DNA of 63,957 nt, the filler included, from Gonapodya sp. JEL0774 (Eukaryota), in NCBI GenBank assembly GCA_027604505.1. It is 3 parts of 3 records of this genome, joined end to end, with 100 filler letters (N's around TTAATTAATTAA, not from the genome) between each part and the next. Parts side by side here need not be neighbours in the genome. Positions count along the whole stretch, not along the records: positions 1 to 22,864 come from JADIIX010000236.1; 2 more parts are not named here. One strand, 5' to 3'. The position numbers and the translations under genes are program-made. A model generated the notes under the pieces. It saw only the letters and a program-made list of their open reading frames with translations, did not search any database and was not told the origin of the DNA. Shown piece after piece: positions 1-12,035 of this stretch (positions within the stretch are counted from its first letter, which is position 1; each line of letters begins with the position of its first letter).

Positions 1-1072
1 TTTCGTGCCCGTTTTACACTTTAGGATGTGAGGGGGAAGGGTTGGTCGGTATCTTTCGTGTTGTACCACTTGCATCAAAGTTTGCATGCGTGCATCTCTC
101 ATCAATCTTCATTCTATTTTTTCGATACACTGTAGCTGCTGCATCGGAGACGGCTGCTGTGGTGCAGGAAGCAAATGCCCTACGGGATACATAGCTGATC
201 GTAAGTATCATTGCACGTCATACCCACACCTATGATGACTGCCGACTGGATCTGACAGTTCTTCTTACGCTATAGTGTGCACTTGCCGCAGGCCCCCGCA
301 AACAATCACGAAGAAATCGATTCAGAGGGGTGTGGGAGTACCCAAGGTCTTTGATTTTTGAAACTGGAAGGTGTGGTCCAGTGAAAGGCCGCCAGCTCCA
401 CGACAAAATCATCGCATGTTGTATGTTGTATGTCGGAAGATTGTTGACGAAAAACATAAACGCATGAGATTGGAAGCCGAGCAAGACTGCGCGAGTACTC
501 GTTAAGTTGATATTCCCCTTGACTTCGAAGAGCACTCCATGCACGTGGCAGCCAATTCATTCAATTCCCAGTACTGATAAGTTGCGAGCTTGAGGGAGCG
601 GAGCGATGGGGGGCGGAGCTTTCAGATCACCACTTGCGAGTCCTAATATCAGCGAAGAACCGCCTGCGACGGTGTCTGCTGACCTGTCCACGAACGGTCC
701 CCCCACGCGCTCGCGTCCTTAGGCACCCATCTTGCGCGTTCTCTTTGCCTGAAACAGCTGGAGGGACAGAGGCTCCAAGCGATCATTCGTGTGTCCATCT
801 AGAAGTTGTCGCGGAGTTCAAGTGCGATTCTGCGCGCACGGGCACCAGCGAGCAGGGACCCGCAATCGCAAAAGCTGCAGAAGGCAGCTATGGCATCATC
901 GTCACCTGCGAGCGCGCGCTCGAGCTCGCAACCAGTCCAGCAGCTCCGCCAACTCGGAGACGCAGAAACGCAACTGGTTTCCGGGTAAAATTCTTTGGAC
1001 ATAATGTCTGAGGTGCAGGCCACATATATACGTAGCCCTCATGTAACATTCTAATAACTCTCGGACCTTCCC

Positions 1073-2100
1073 ATGTCCCAATCCCTCTTCGACCTGTGCG
1101 CGTTTCCGACGGTCGTTCCTTTGTCGACGGGCTTGGATCTCGATGTCGACATCCATCAGGACCCCCATCATTCTACCATTTACAAAACCACAGAATCGTT
1201 TTTCTCAGAGATATACACCCTCGCCAAGTCTGTGGACACAGATGGCGACGGAGACCGAGACCGCAAAGTGGTTCTCAAAGTCGTCCCATTCGCTGCACCA
1301 AACACCTACATCGGTCATTTACAACCCACACCTACCGAATCCGCCCACGAGCTGTTCGTTACCAAGCTGCTCTGTTCCTGGGGATCAGGATCGGGGTTCG
1401 TGCGGCTACGACGTGCCTTCGTTACGAACAGGGAAGGACTCGGGGAGTGGTTCGTGGAGGAGTGGAAGAGGTACAAGAAGGAGAAGGGGTCATTTAGGAC
1501 GAACCCAGGTACAGTGGCAGATGTGTCGCGGACTTGCGATGAATGAAGTGGCCGATCGCGGTTGATTCAAGCACGTCATAGCTCTCACCTCGTGCTCCAC
1601 CGACTCCAGCCACCTTTTCCCCTTCCCACCCCTTCCTCTGTATGCTCCTCGACCACGCGGGCGTCAACATGACCGAGTTCACCTTTCCTTCGTGGCCCGC
1701 GGTGGAATCTGCCATCGTGCAGGTGGTGGGCGCGGTGGCGATGGCTGAGGAGGAGGTCGAGTTTGAAGTGAGGATGGGGCTATAGTGTTGAGTGGCTTTT
1801 GAGTCGCAGCGTGACATTCCAAGAGACTACCCGTCAACATCGTGTGGCAAACAGCACCGAGATTTGCACGTGGGGAACGTCCTCTTTCAATCCGTTCCTG
1901 TCAACACACGAATCTCCGTCACCGTTGCCCTGCCCGCGTCATCGCCGCCGCCGTCACCTTCAACGGGCCAGGTCGAGAACGACCACCTCACCTTCTCCAT
2001 CGACTCGCACGGCACTCGCGCCACCATCATCGACTTCATGCTGTCCCGTGTCCGTGATCGGTCGGACGGAGGGGTCCGGCACTTTGATGGTGGACTGTGA
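1073..2100 (+). CDS. Haspin-family protein kinase, multi-exon, C-terminus truncated or divergent
   Basis: Exons encode ESFFSEIY, VVLKVVP, GFVRL, MLLDHAG, QHRDLHVGNVL and IIDFMLSR (haspin HRDLHxGN and IIDFTLSR motifs). Introns at about 1509-1580 and 1768-1853. The usual haspin C-lobe is not evident. Confidence 0.65.
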
Positions 2101-3155
2101 CGACGTTCCACGAGCCGAAACTACCGCTGAAGCCGTGCAAAACCATACTAACCACAGCAATGAATATAAATTTGTGCTCTGGATGCGTGGATGAGTGCTC
2201 ACGGCGCGTAGGGGTTGAGTGACGACGTTATGTCAAGCGCTCATGCTCGAGTCATCCGCTGACGTCGGCCGCTGTGACTCACAGTTCAGATTCGAATCAG
2301 AATCTTCATTAAAGAAGAGGAATCTGTCCTATCTAGCGTGCTCAAAAATCAAAACCTCTCACGTAAGACTTGTAAATCACAAAAATCCGGCATTTTCAGT
2401 TCCAGCTACTTGGTGATTAGAACCTGAACTGATAGTTGTCAGTTCTCGACATCATACTGGACTTAAAAACATTCATACGATTAATCATTAAGAGTGCCGA
2501 ATTAGTCCAGGAGCATGATTAAATGGATGAGAATCATGGATAACCTGTTTTGCTGCGCGTCGTGACAAGTGCATCATTTCCACCGATCTGCTCCCAAAAG
2601 TGTACATTTGCCACCAGCACAACACTAATCATAAATGCGGTATGTGATTGCATGGGCTCACGCTCCCTCTGCCTTTGAGTAGAATGTGAACAGGGCCTGC
2701 ATCGCGCCCCCATCGCAACTACTTTCCAATGACTCCAGGTCCGCGTAGAACTCCTCCAAAGTTGCAAGCTTCAGTTCAGCTTCTCACTGTAGCAATGAAT
2801 TTTGAGCTCCGTAGAGTAAATTTACATGGCATGTCATTAGACTGAGAAACTGTGGGAATAACGACTACCGACAATCTTGCGATGGTGCATCGGCGCCTCA
2901 GTCTGGGCGGAAAGGATTACCTGCAGTAGCACAAGCTACATATAGGAGCTTGCACTCCTGTTTTTGATACCGAGGCGAGGGATTCGCTTCCCCCATGCCC
3001 GCGGTTTCTGTTTGGTGAGTTGTCGCTGCGATCAAAGTGTGGTTAGTAAGGGAGAAGTTGCAGCACGATGGATGGAAGGGAACAGGAGTAAACAGCCAAA
3101 CTCTATTTTCATTGACACTACAATGTGAAAGCAGCAGAAAAGGATCCAAAAAAAA

Positions 3156-4188
3156 TTAGCTCTTGTAGGTCGACAAGCTCTCGAATTGCTGGAAGAACTC
3201 TGGGGAGCGGATCTGCTTGAGCATTTCATCTTCGACAGCCTTGAACTGAGATTCAAAAGAGAGCGTACAGCAAAATTAGCCAAGGCAGGTGGTGTGATGG
3301 CGCAGAGTTCAGCAAGGCATTGGTGCCGCAGATTTGGAATCGTTGCACCCCACCGACCACCATACATCTCGAAACACTCACATCAACGGTAGCCTGGTAG
3401 ATTTGTTGCTGTACCTCTTTTGGGATGACTACCACGCCGTTCTCGTCTGCGTGGATTAGATCGCCAGTGCGGACGAACATTCCGTTGATGTTCGCCGGTA
3501 CACCAACATCATAGATGAACGGTCGACCGTGAGCGACGACGAGGCCTGTGCAACAAATTGGCTCTTAGGGGATGATGGTAACACAGAGCGGGCAGTGACA
3601 CTGAGACCCACCTCGACCAAAGTACCAAACATCACCCATGGCTCTGACCTCTTCAATATCCCTCAATCCACCATCACTGATGATGCCGACCGCTCCGCAT
3701 CTTCGGAACGAGGTCGCCATAATCTCGCCCACGTGGCAGGACCAGTCCAGTTTGGATGGGTCGCCGTCGTCATCAATGCACACGACAACGGGCAAGGGGT
3801 TGCCCTCGCCACCCGCCTGGTGCATCGCGTGTACGGCAGCATACAGTTGTGGATGCTTTTGAACGACGACTTTGTTCTCGGAGGTGGAGTCACCTCGCAC
3901 AGTGACAGCGTAGGCAACCATTGCCTGGCCCTTTCCTTTCGTCAGGAGTTTCACACCAGTTCCGGTATAGCCTTGGACACGGGGTTGAATTTTGAACGTC
4001 TGGGAATTGGGGGAGTAGGGGGGCGGAAAAGGAATTCACGAAGAACTTCGGGAGCAAATGTGGGAGCAGTTTGAATTGAAAGCTACCTCAATGGCATTGG
4101 CGATCGATGGGGAGTCAATGGAGCTGAGCTGCTCTAGCTGCTCTTTCGTGAGGGGTTTCCAATCTGGCCATGGAGGAGATGGGAGCAT
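3156..4188 (-). CDS. RraA / HMG-CHA aldolase family protein, 4 exons
   Basis: IDSPSIANAIE, MVAYAVT, GEIMA..GAVGIISDGGLRDIEEV, GLVVAHG and VRTGDLIHADENGVVVIP, joined by GT-AG introns. Stop TAA at 3156-3158. Confidence 0.85.
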
Positions 4189-4939
4189 AGATTGAAGATG
4201 TCGTCGTTGGTGTACATCAATAGAGGGGGTCACGAACCTGTTGGGAGGAGTTGAGCTAGAGGACCTTGAACGGATGCAGTCATTGTGGAGGGAATTTTAA
4301 TAATTTGAGAGGTCGACGGTGATGGGAAAAGTCGGTGTAAAGCAGTGGAATCGGAAGAGAATTGGACCCTTTATTCTTCACAGACATGATTTATTAGGGC
4401 CGAGAATAATGCCGAGCGTCCTTTTCATTTCAGAAATCGATGAACGGAAGACAGCGCGTAATCAAATACTGTAATTCACCGTCCACCGAAGATAAGATGC
4501 GGTTCGGCGTGCAGACGGTCGTGTATTACAGACATAAATGCCTCTCCATCAGGTTATTGCCTCATCATCCTCTTACTCTCGAACAATAGTAAATAAATTC
4601 GGCTTGACGGACACCAGAACTCATCCATTTTTTATTTGTCGGATTGCTCAAGTCGTTGTTTCCTACCTTTCTGATGTTTGACCGGACAGGCGACCAAGGC
4701 TCGTCATTATGCGAGTGCGTACATACACACTGCGAGCTCCTATCTCAAGAGGTCAGGATAGTTGTCCTGCGATCTGTCGAATACAGCATTCGCCCATCAA
4801 AAACTAAGAACCTGCCTCAATTCATCTTCAAGTTTCATATTGACCAGGGTGGGACTTACGGCTTCAGCTTGACCTTCGTAAGCAACGCGAACGGGCAAGA
4901 GGTGTCCTACACCTACGAATTATCCACATCTCCTCCGTG

Positions 4940-5353
4940 ACTACCGAGCAGAAATTCCAGTGCTCCAGCTGTAGTAAGACCATGGAGTGCAAGTACAACA
5001 CGTGGAACAACGAATACTGTGTGCTCATTTACTACGTATTGCGCAACCTGGGGTCACAACAGCACCTCTAGTTATTTGCGGAATCTACACTGGGACTCGA
5101 CAGAATGTGTCGGTCGACAAATATGACCGGACCAATCACTGCAACTCGTGTGGCGGAGAAGCATCCTGGTTTTGGGTTTGCATTGAGAGCTCATGTGGGG
5201 GGCCAGGCACCCAAATGTGGTGCACATGGAAGTATCATGACCGGCTGGGGGGCTACAAAGTGTCCAAAAGAAAGAAGAGTGAACATCTACACGTGTGCCA
5301 TGTGTCATGATGCAACGGGCGTTGTTGACGGTGTGAGCGTTGGGGCCCGGTAG
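4940..5353 (+). pseudogene. Possible frameshifted Cys-rich (zinc-ribbon-like) coding remnant
   Basis: CSSC, HCNSC, CGAH and CAMC fragments lie in different frames, with an apparent frame change at the G run near 5197-5202. Confidence 0.25.
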
Positions 5354-5895
5354 GGTGGGAGGCGGGGGTGCAAGCGGCAAAACCGGAGCAAAAACGCTCA
5401 TGGATTTGTTCAACTGACGACTGATCAAACTGATAGGTGAGCTTCGTTGTTTTTTCGGTGCTGTGGATGAACTTGAGAATAACCAATTCCCATTCCCACG
5501 AAGCAACCCTGTGTGGATTGTGAACTACCGACCGATTAAAAAGTCGTGGGGCATATACTGAACACATCTGTACTAATCGCCTTGAAGTCATAGTGTGTTT
5601 TGAACATGCTGAGGGAACTCACAACGGGACTTGGTCTTGATCTCTCTCAAAAAAGAACATGCCAGGAGTACCAACTTTGGATAAATTGTGCAGAGTGTGA
5701 ATTAAAGAGCTCAGCTGCGGAGATTAATGAATGGTGCCGTTGCAGAGGGTTATCCACTGCTTGTGTGGGCTTTGACTTTCCTCCTCCCTTCTCCGCATCA
5801 CCGTTTGGGGGTAGAACATCTCCTCACTGGATCATGCTCGCGCACGGTGCCCCAAGATTCACGATGTTGATTACATGGGGTTGTCGTTGCGTCAT

Positions 5896-8800
5896 TCAGC
5901 CTACGTACATCAAAACTTGCTTCTTCTTTCCCTTTTTTTTCCCACCCGTCATTAACTCGGAATCATCACCAGGATCTAATCCTTGTCCCGTCCCGGTCCC
6001 GACCGCGCCCCATTCCACACCTGCTGATGATGAAATGCTACTACTACTGGCACCGCCGAACCGTCCGGCACGTAGAGTCACACCTGTAGTCTTCGGGAGG
6101 CCAGGAAAGTCAGATACCGTTTTGGTGGTGGTGGAGCCCCAGTTCCCTGCAGGACTGGCACCAGAATTCGAAGGGGTATCGGCCAACATGGCTGCCCGCA
6201 TAGAATCAGCTTCATCCCGTGACACCATTTTAATCTTGGTGTGGTCTTCCCGGGCGCCATCGTCCCAAACGGTTTGTGCGTCTTTCACCCGTTCGGCTTC
6301 TTGGGCGCGTCTCCGTTGAGTTGCTTCTTGCGATATCCGCTCAAGGACCGCGGCGGTGGAAGAAGATCCAGCACGGCTAGTGGGGGGAAGCTTGTGACGG
6401 GCTGCGGTGGATTTGATAACGAGGACACGCTTGCCGCCGGCACCTCCGAACGCAGAAGAAGAGGTTGTGGCACCGGACCAGTTGGTGAAGGCGATTTGGG
6501 CCTCTAATCGTCGTTTTTCTTCTTCTTCGCGATCGTTTTTCACCTTCCAATCCTTCCATGCACGCGTCATTTCGTCGCGCTTGTTTGGGGCGGCACCCAT
6601 ACCGGGTACTGTCCGTTTACCTGTGGGCTCTTCAACAGGCGCAGTTTCCGCCATTTTCGCCCAAACTTTACCCACTTCGACGATGCGGGCTTTCCGTCGC
6701 TTGGGATCGTCGGGAGGGCATGCTTCCAACGAGAGGTCAACAACCCGAGACAGGAAGTCAGCTGCTTGGATCTCTTGAGCCTTATACGACTGTGCAAGAA
6801 CGCGGAATTGAGCATATCGAGAAGGATCGTCATCGAAAATGGCCAGCAATCGTGCGGGTAGTCCGTCTGGGGCCGATGGTGGTGCGGAGGGGGGATTGGA
6901 GTTTGGCGAAATGGCATTGTGCAGACTCGGGAAGTCTGGCACGGCCGTAGTCCCTGCAGATCGTCCATTTGTCGCAAGTGCAGGAGTTAATAGTCCATCC
7001 TGTTCCACGGTTCCTCCGTTTGCCTCGCTACTAACTCGACCACCAACAGTTCCTCCTCGTCCCCCTCGGGCGCCACGACCTCTTCGCCCCCCAGGAATAA
7101 CATCGGGCTCTGTAAGCTGTGTTCCAAAACCTTCAGGAACTCTCAAGCCAGCGCGGGTCTCAGCAGGGGTCGCATCCCGTCCTGCTGGTCGCGATAAAGC
7201 GGGTGCAGCCGTCACTGTTGAGGCTGAGCCACCGTGAACATTTCCCCGTCCGCCTCCTCCACGAGTAGACCGCGAATCTCCCCGACCCTCAGAGTAGGCT
7301 CGAGGTCCGTCACGGCTGGAAGTGTAGGTAATGTTGAGGTCGAGTTTGACCTTCCCGCGGTTGAGGCCATGAATGTCGGCCTATGTGAGACACAGAGTTT
7401 TGAATGATACAATATTGAAAACACGGACCGGAAAATTGGCGGTGAGCAGTGTTGCTTGAACATCTTGCGAGGCATGTTCACCTCACCTCGTGCGCACGAA
7501 AATCAATCTCGGTGTCGAACACGACAAACTTAGCCTCGAGGCACTCAGGCTGTCGGCAAGCGTAGTGATCTTCTCGAAAATGCTGGTCCTTTTCAGGGCA
7601 GTGGGTCACGTAGGTTATTGCTTGTGAGACCACTGTGGGTTACTTAGCCCCTAACATGTCGACCCACCAGCGCATTGTAGTCTAGATAGTACTTGTGTAG
7701 TTGACCTTTCCTTCTGCATAGAAAGCACTCCTCGTGCTTCAATTTGCAGTGTTCGTACAGCTCGTCGTTACCCATAAATCTTTGGTGGCAGAATCCGCAC
7801 TCTGGGTGCCCGGTGAAACTTTGTCCGCCAGCACCTGGCTCTGGCGGGTCACCATCTGCAGTATGTCGACGGAGTTCGGCGGGGGTAAAGAGGGCGTGCT
7901 CATGGGTGAATACTTTCTTATGGCGAGTGCAAATGTCACTTGGTGTGAGCGGGAAGTGAGTGTAGGGCAGACCAAGAAGGACCGAAGGACAATCGACTCA
8001 CCAAAGTTGCTTCCCATGTGCCTCCCGCACATGTCTCTTTAAATCCTTCCAGCCTCCTGGGCAGGCAACCTCACAGCCCGCGTCTGGACAGTTGAACCTG
8101 AGGAGGATCATCGTGTCGTCAAACACATCCAGGCTATCGAATCGAATTCCAAGCTTCGAGTCAAATCTTGGCAAGTCTCGTGGAGAGAAGGTGGCGTAGG
8201 AGCGGTCTTTGTCTTGGCAGTACACGACCGTTTTGAGGTCTCGCTGCAGACGATCGACATAGGGTTAGCAACCAGTTGTGCCAGAAGAATACTTTTGGAT
8301 ATTCGCATTGGATCGAAGTCGGACATACTCCAATTCTATGTTAGTGGGGTTTCCGCACTCCTGTCATTCGTGGGAGTTCGCTTCCCCAGCAACCAAGCTC
8401 CAGATACCTGCAGAGTGACTTTCCCCTTTGATGCCCTCCACATTTTTTTGTGCATGGAATATGCCGTGGTTCTGGATATCCTGGAAAACACTCATTCACC
8501 TTGCAATAGGGACATTCCCAAATCTTGTACAGTGCCCGCAACCGGAGAGAGCAGATATGGCATATTCTATGATTGCACGGTCCCAAAGCGTAGTATGTAA
8601 TGGGTTCCGTGCAAATGAAGCACTGATTGTCCACGAGGCCTTCGTCTTCCAGTTCTTCCACCTCCTTATCCGCACTAGAGGTCTGATCGGTGGCTACCGG
8701 GATCGTGCTATCACCAATACTGGCTCTTCCTGCAGCATCTTTACCATCTTCATCAGGTCCTACCGAATCTGGAGTCGGGTCAGGAGGCGTGCTTTTAGTT

Positions 8801-8919
8801 TGCTCCCTCAGGTGGACACCAAGTTTCGTGAGTCCTGGTGGAGGTCGTGGCGCTTGAATCGGAGGAGCCGATGAAGGGCGTGAAGGAGTTGCTCCTGGTC
8901 GTCGTCCACGTGCAGACAT
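5896..8919 (-). CDS. HEL2: E3 ubiquitin ligase Hel2/ZNF598 (ribosome quality control)
   Basis: RING CFICTEP..CNHRICHICSLRLRALY..CPYCK, several C2H2 fingers (e.g. HPECGFCHQRFMGNDELYEHC), and C-terminal GKKKGKKKQVL. Several introns. Confidence 0.9.
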
Positions 8920-9029
8920 GGCGTCGCTTGCTTGATGGGATTGAGAAAAATATGGCGAGTGACGTTGGAGTGCAGAGAATTTATTGGGCCGTGATGAAAC
9001 CACTCTCTCGCCAAACCGAACTAAACACA

Positions 9030-10032
9030 ATGGCATCTGATCCCACGCCGGAAAAGCAGGCAGATGCCGCAGAAATAAACCATCTCTTTGCTCGTCTTGC
9101 CTTTCTCGAATCAGTGGTTGGATCCGCTTTCGCGCCCCACTCTGCCCTCGTCGTTCCCAGTGATTCCCCACAATGGATAACAACCCTTGACCCCAGAGAT
9201 TCCACAAAGGAACAACACGAAAATGAAGCATCGGATAACTCTCGAACAGTTTCTGTTCTCGAGAAAATCCTTGTTGTTCAGCGGTTTTTCAATCAGGAAC
9301 TGGAACAACGAAAGACGATTGGGGACATGATTCGATTATGTGAGGACTTAGGGACATGGTTTGTACATTTTAAGAGCTGGAAGACTATTTATTGCTGCCT
9401 TTTCGGACTCTTTGAAAGACTCTACCCTTCGGCCGCTGCTTGAACCCGACCCGCTGACAAACCCCTCCGCTGTATCCACCTCTTCTGCCTCTGTGGCTGA
9501 CTCCCTTCCAACCGCTGTAAAGGCAGAAATAGTCTTAGCCGCCTCTGAGGATCTTGAGCGAGCTGCCAGGTGGCTCGACGAGGTTGAAGTGGAGAAGGAT
9601 GTGCTCTCTGTCCAAATTGCAGGTGAGATGCACCACAAGCCCAGAAAGCACATAGAAGCAGTCCTGGAAATAGTTTACACAAGCAATGGTGCCGTGATCA
9701 TGACACGCAGCGGCCGCATTGACTTCTCAATATATTTTCTCGCACATCTTAGAGGTTCCACCAACCGACGTTTCCCCTCTTGAACTGTCCCAACTCGCGG
9801 TCGCAGACCAAATTGACCATATCCGACAACGTACAGATCGGATAGTGGAGGGATATGGGGAGCTGGTGATTATTTTTGTCTCCCAACCATGGGTTTAGTG
9901 GTAACTCTGAAACCTTTCATGCAGGTACATTCACTCAACGAACTCTTTGTGTTCTATCACGCGACCCTCGAAGATGCGGAGAGGGAGGTGGTAGAGGCGG
10001 AGCGAAGGAAACGGAAAGCCGAGCAAGATTGA
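9030..10032 (+). CDS. Dynactin subunit 3 (p22/p24)-like protein
   Basis: RLAFLESVVG, KAEIVLAASEDL and IVEGYGEL/VHSLNELFV resemble DCTN3/Ldb18 motifs. Multi-exon, stop TGA at 10030-10032. Confidence 0.6.
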
Positions 10033-10193
10033 AGGCCTGGTTGCGGCGTGAACATGTATGCTATATTGTAGAATCTACTAATTACTCTATCCAACGAAGA
10101 TATTACGGTGCGTATAGTTGCAATAACTGTGTTGCTAACACTGAACCCTTTAACGCGAGAATGCCCTCTCACCGTGCGGCTTTTCCAGTGTCG

Positions 10194-11796
10194 TTAACTC
10201 GCATGCTTCTCAATTAAAACATCTGAAGCTCTCTCATCCACCACTATCACGTCTCTCAAACTTGTCTTTGATGACGAGTTCGACTGGTTCTGTTCCGCGA
10301 GTTGGCCCCGCACGGGACTGCGCTCCCTCGCACCGCCTGCGACAACTGGGGACGATTTCGAGTAGCCGTTGGGTGGCGTCGAGGATTGAATGGCAGGTGG
10401 CTTGGAGAGGGACTGAGCGGCTTGGCGCTCTGTGTATTCGACCTGAGTATACCACGCACCTGTCGACGGAATGTTAGAGCGAAACGACAAGATGCTACCA
10501 GGTCTGCGGCGACTCACCTCCTGCCAGCGTGATAAGAATGCCAATTATGTTTGTTCCGTTGACTGCCAGGTTAAAGAGCCATACGGAGAGCACGATAGAT
10601 AGTGCTTGCTTGACATTGGCAGCGACACCCATGGTGACAGCACTCGTCAATTTGTTAGCAGTAAAGGAGACATAGTTCATCGCTGTGCAGCACGGAGTAA
10701 GAAAGAGTGGATAAGGGGCGATGCGCTTACACATACACAGTGACTCACCAAACGCAACCGCACTGTTTCCGACCATAACCACAATCGCAAACCGAGTCCA
10801 ATTAAACTCCGCTTTATACTCTTGATACTCCCCCGCCATCACTGCGCAGAACGCACACTGCATGAAACTGAGCGGAGACATTTTGAGAAGCAAATCCAGT
10901 GGATGTAGCTTCAGCGGCCCTACGAGCACCTGGTTGGTGGCGACGCCTTTAAACGCGGACAGCACGACACCCAGAAGGGTGAGGAAGAGGCCCCAGGCAG
11001 TGGCATAACTGAGAGAGCCATTCGAAGTGTCAGATATACATTGGGAGATGCGGCTTCCAATGAATATATGGCGCTCTCCGCACTCACTAATCCCCATAAG
11101 TAGCCAACGCTACACCGATTAGTGTGGGCGTAATGGCAATGAATCGCTGGCGTGAAGGCCATTTGCTGAGCCAAGCGATGTTTATGATAATCATGAAGAA
11201 AGGGGTCGAAGAGCGAACGACTGCAAAGTAGTGTGATATGTCAAACACAAGAAACAACACGGCACCCGTACTTCTGTTCAGTGAGAAAATAATGAGCAGT
11301 CACGGACCTTGGTGAATGGGAACCGTGACCGCGTGGAGACTCAAGTTCGACACAGCGATGTTGACAGTGTAGAGAAGCGAGAAGGCCCACATTATCATGT
11401 TTTCACTCCGAGACAAGCGTTTTGGAACGAAAATGCCCAGTCGAGCGCACAGCATGCAACCGATGAGGGAACCAATCGAGTGAATGCCAGTCAAGATCCT
11501 GATACATCACGACGTAGTGCAAGATCACGACGCGGCGAGGTAGCAAGTAGCAACTATGGCAAAGAAACGAACCAGGGGTAGGAAAAGTCGAGGAATTGCA
11601 TCACCGATTTGTTGCTGTAGTGGGTGTGAGGTCGAAAGTGTTGAACAACTCTGTCCAATCCATCAAGCAACTGTGCTCTGTCCTCTCCGCCGACCTTCAA
11701 AGTGACAGCGTACACATACTATATTGTGATTGTGAGGTTGATGACAAAGTAAAGCGCGAGCCACGCGAAGCTCTCCGCTGAGGAAGTCGACGACAT
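10194..11796 (-). CDS. Triose-phosphate transporter family (SLC35E-like) nucleotide-sugar transporter
   Basis: FSLLYTVNIAVSNLSLHAVTVPIHQ, LKLHPLDLLLKMSPL and NYVSFTANKLTSAVTMGVAANVKQAL; multiple TM segments and introns. Confidence 0.85.
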
Positions 11797-12035
11797 GGTC
11801 AGCAGGAGATGGGGTCCAGGAAGGAGTGACCAGGGTTCAAGACGAAGGTGATGTTTCTAGATAGGGTAGCTTTTTAGGCTTCAAAACTCAGAATAGCCCT
11901 TGGGTGCAAGTGAGCGTTGATGGATTGATGGAGAATTGTTTTATTCCAAATATGGAACCACGACTCGAAGGTAGTGAGGAGAGTTCGCATCCACCACAAA
12001 ATGTTTCGACAAACCAAACATGCAAGAGAAATGAA

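Noticed and set aside
231..256. C/D box-like ATGATGA..CTGA
   Set aside because: Boxes are too close, with no terminal stem or second box pair.
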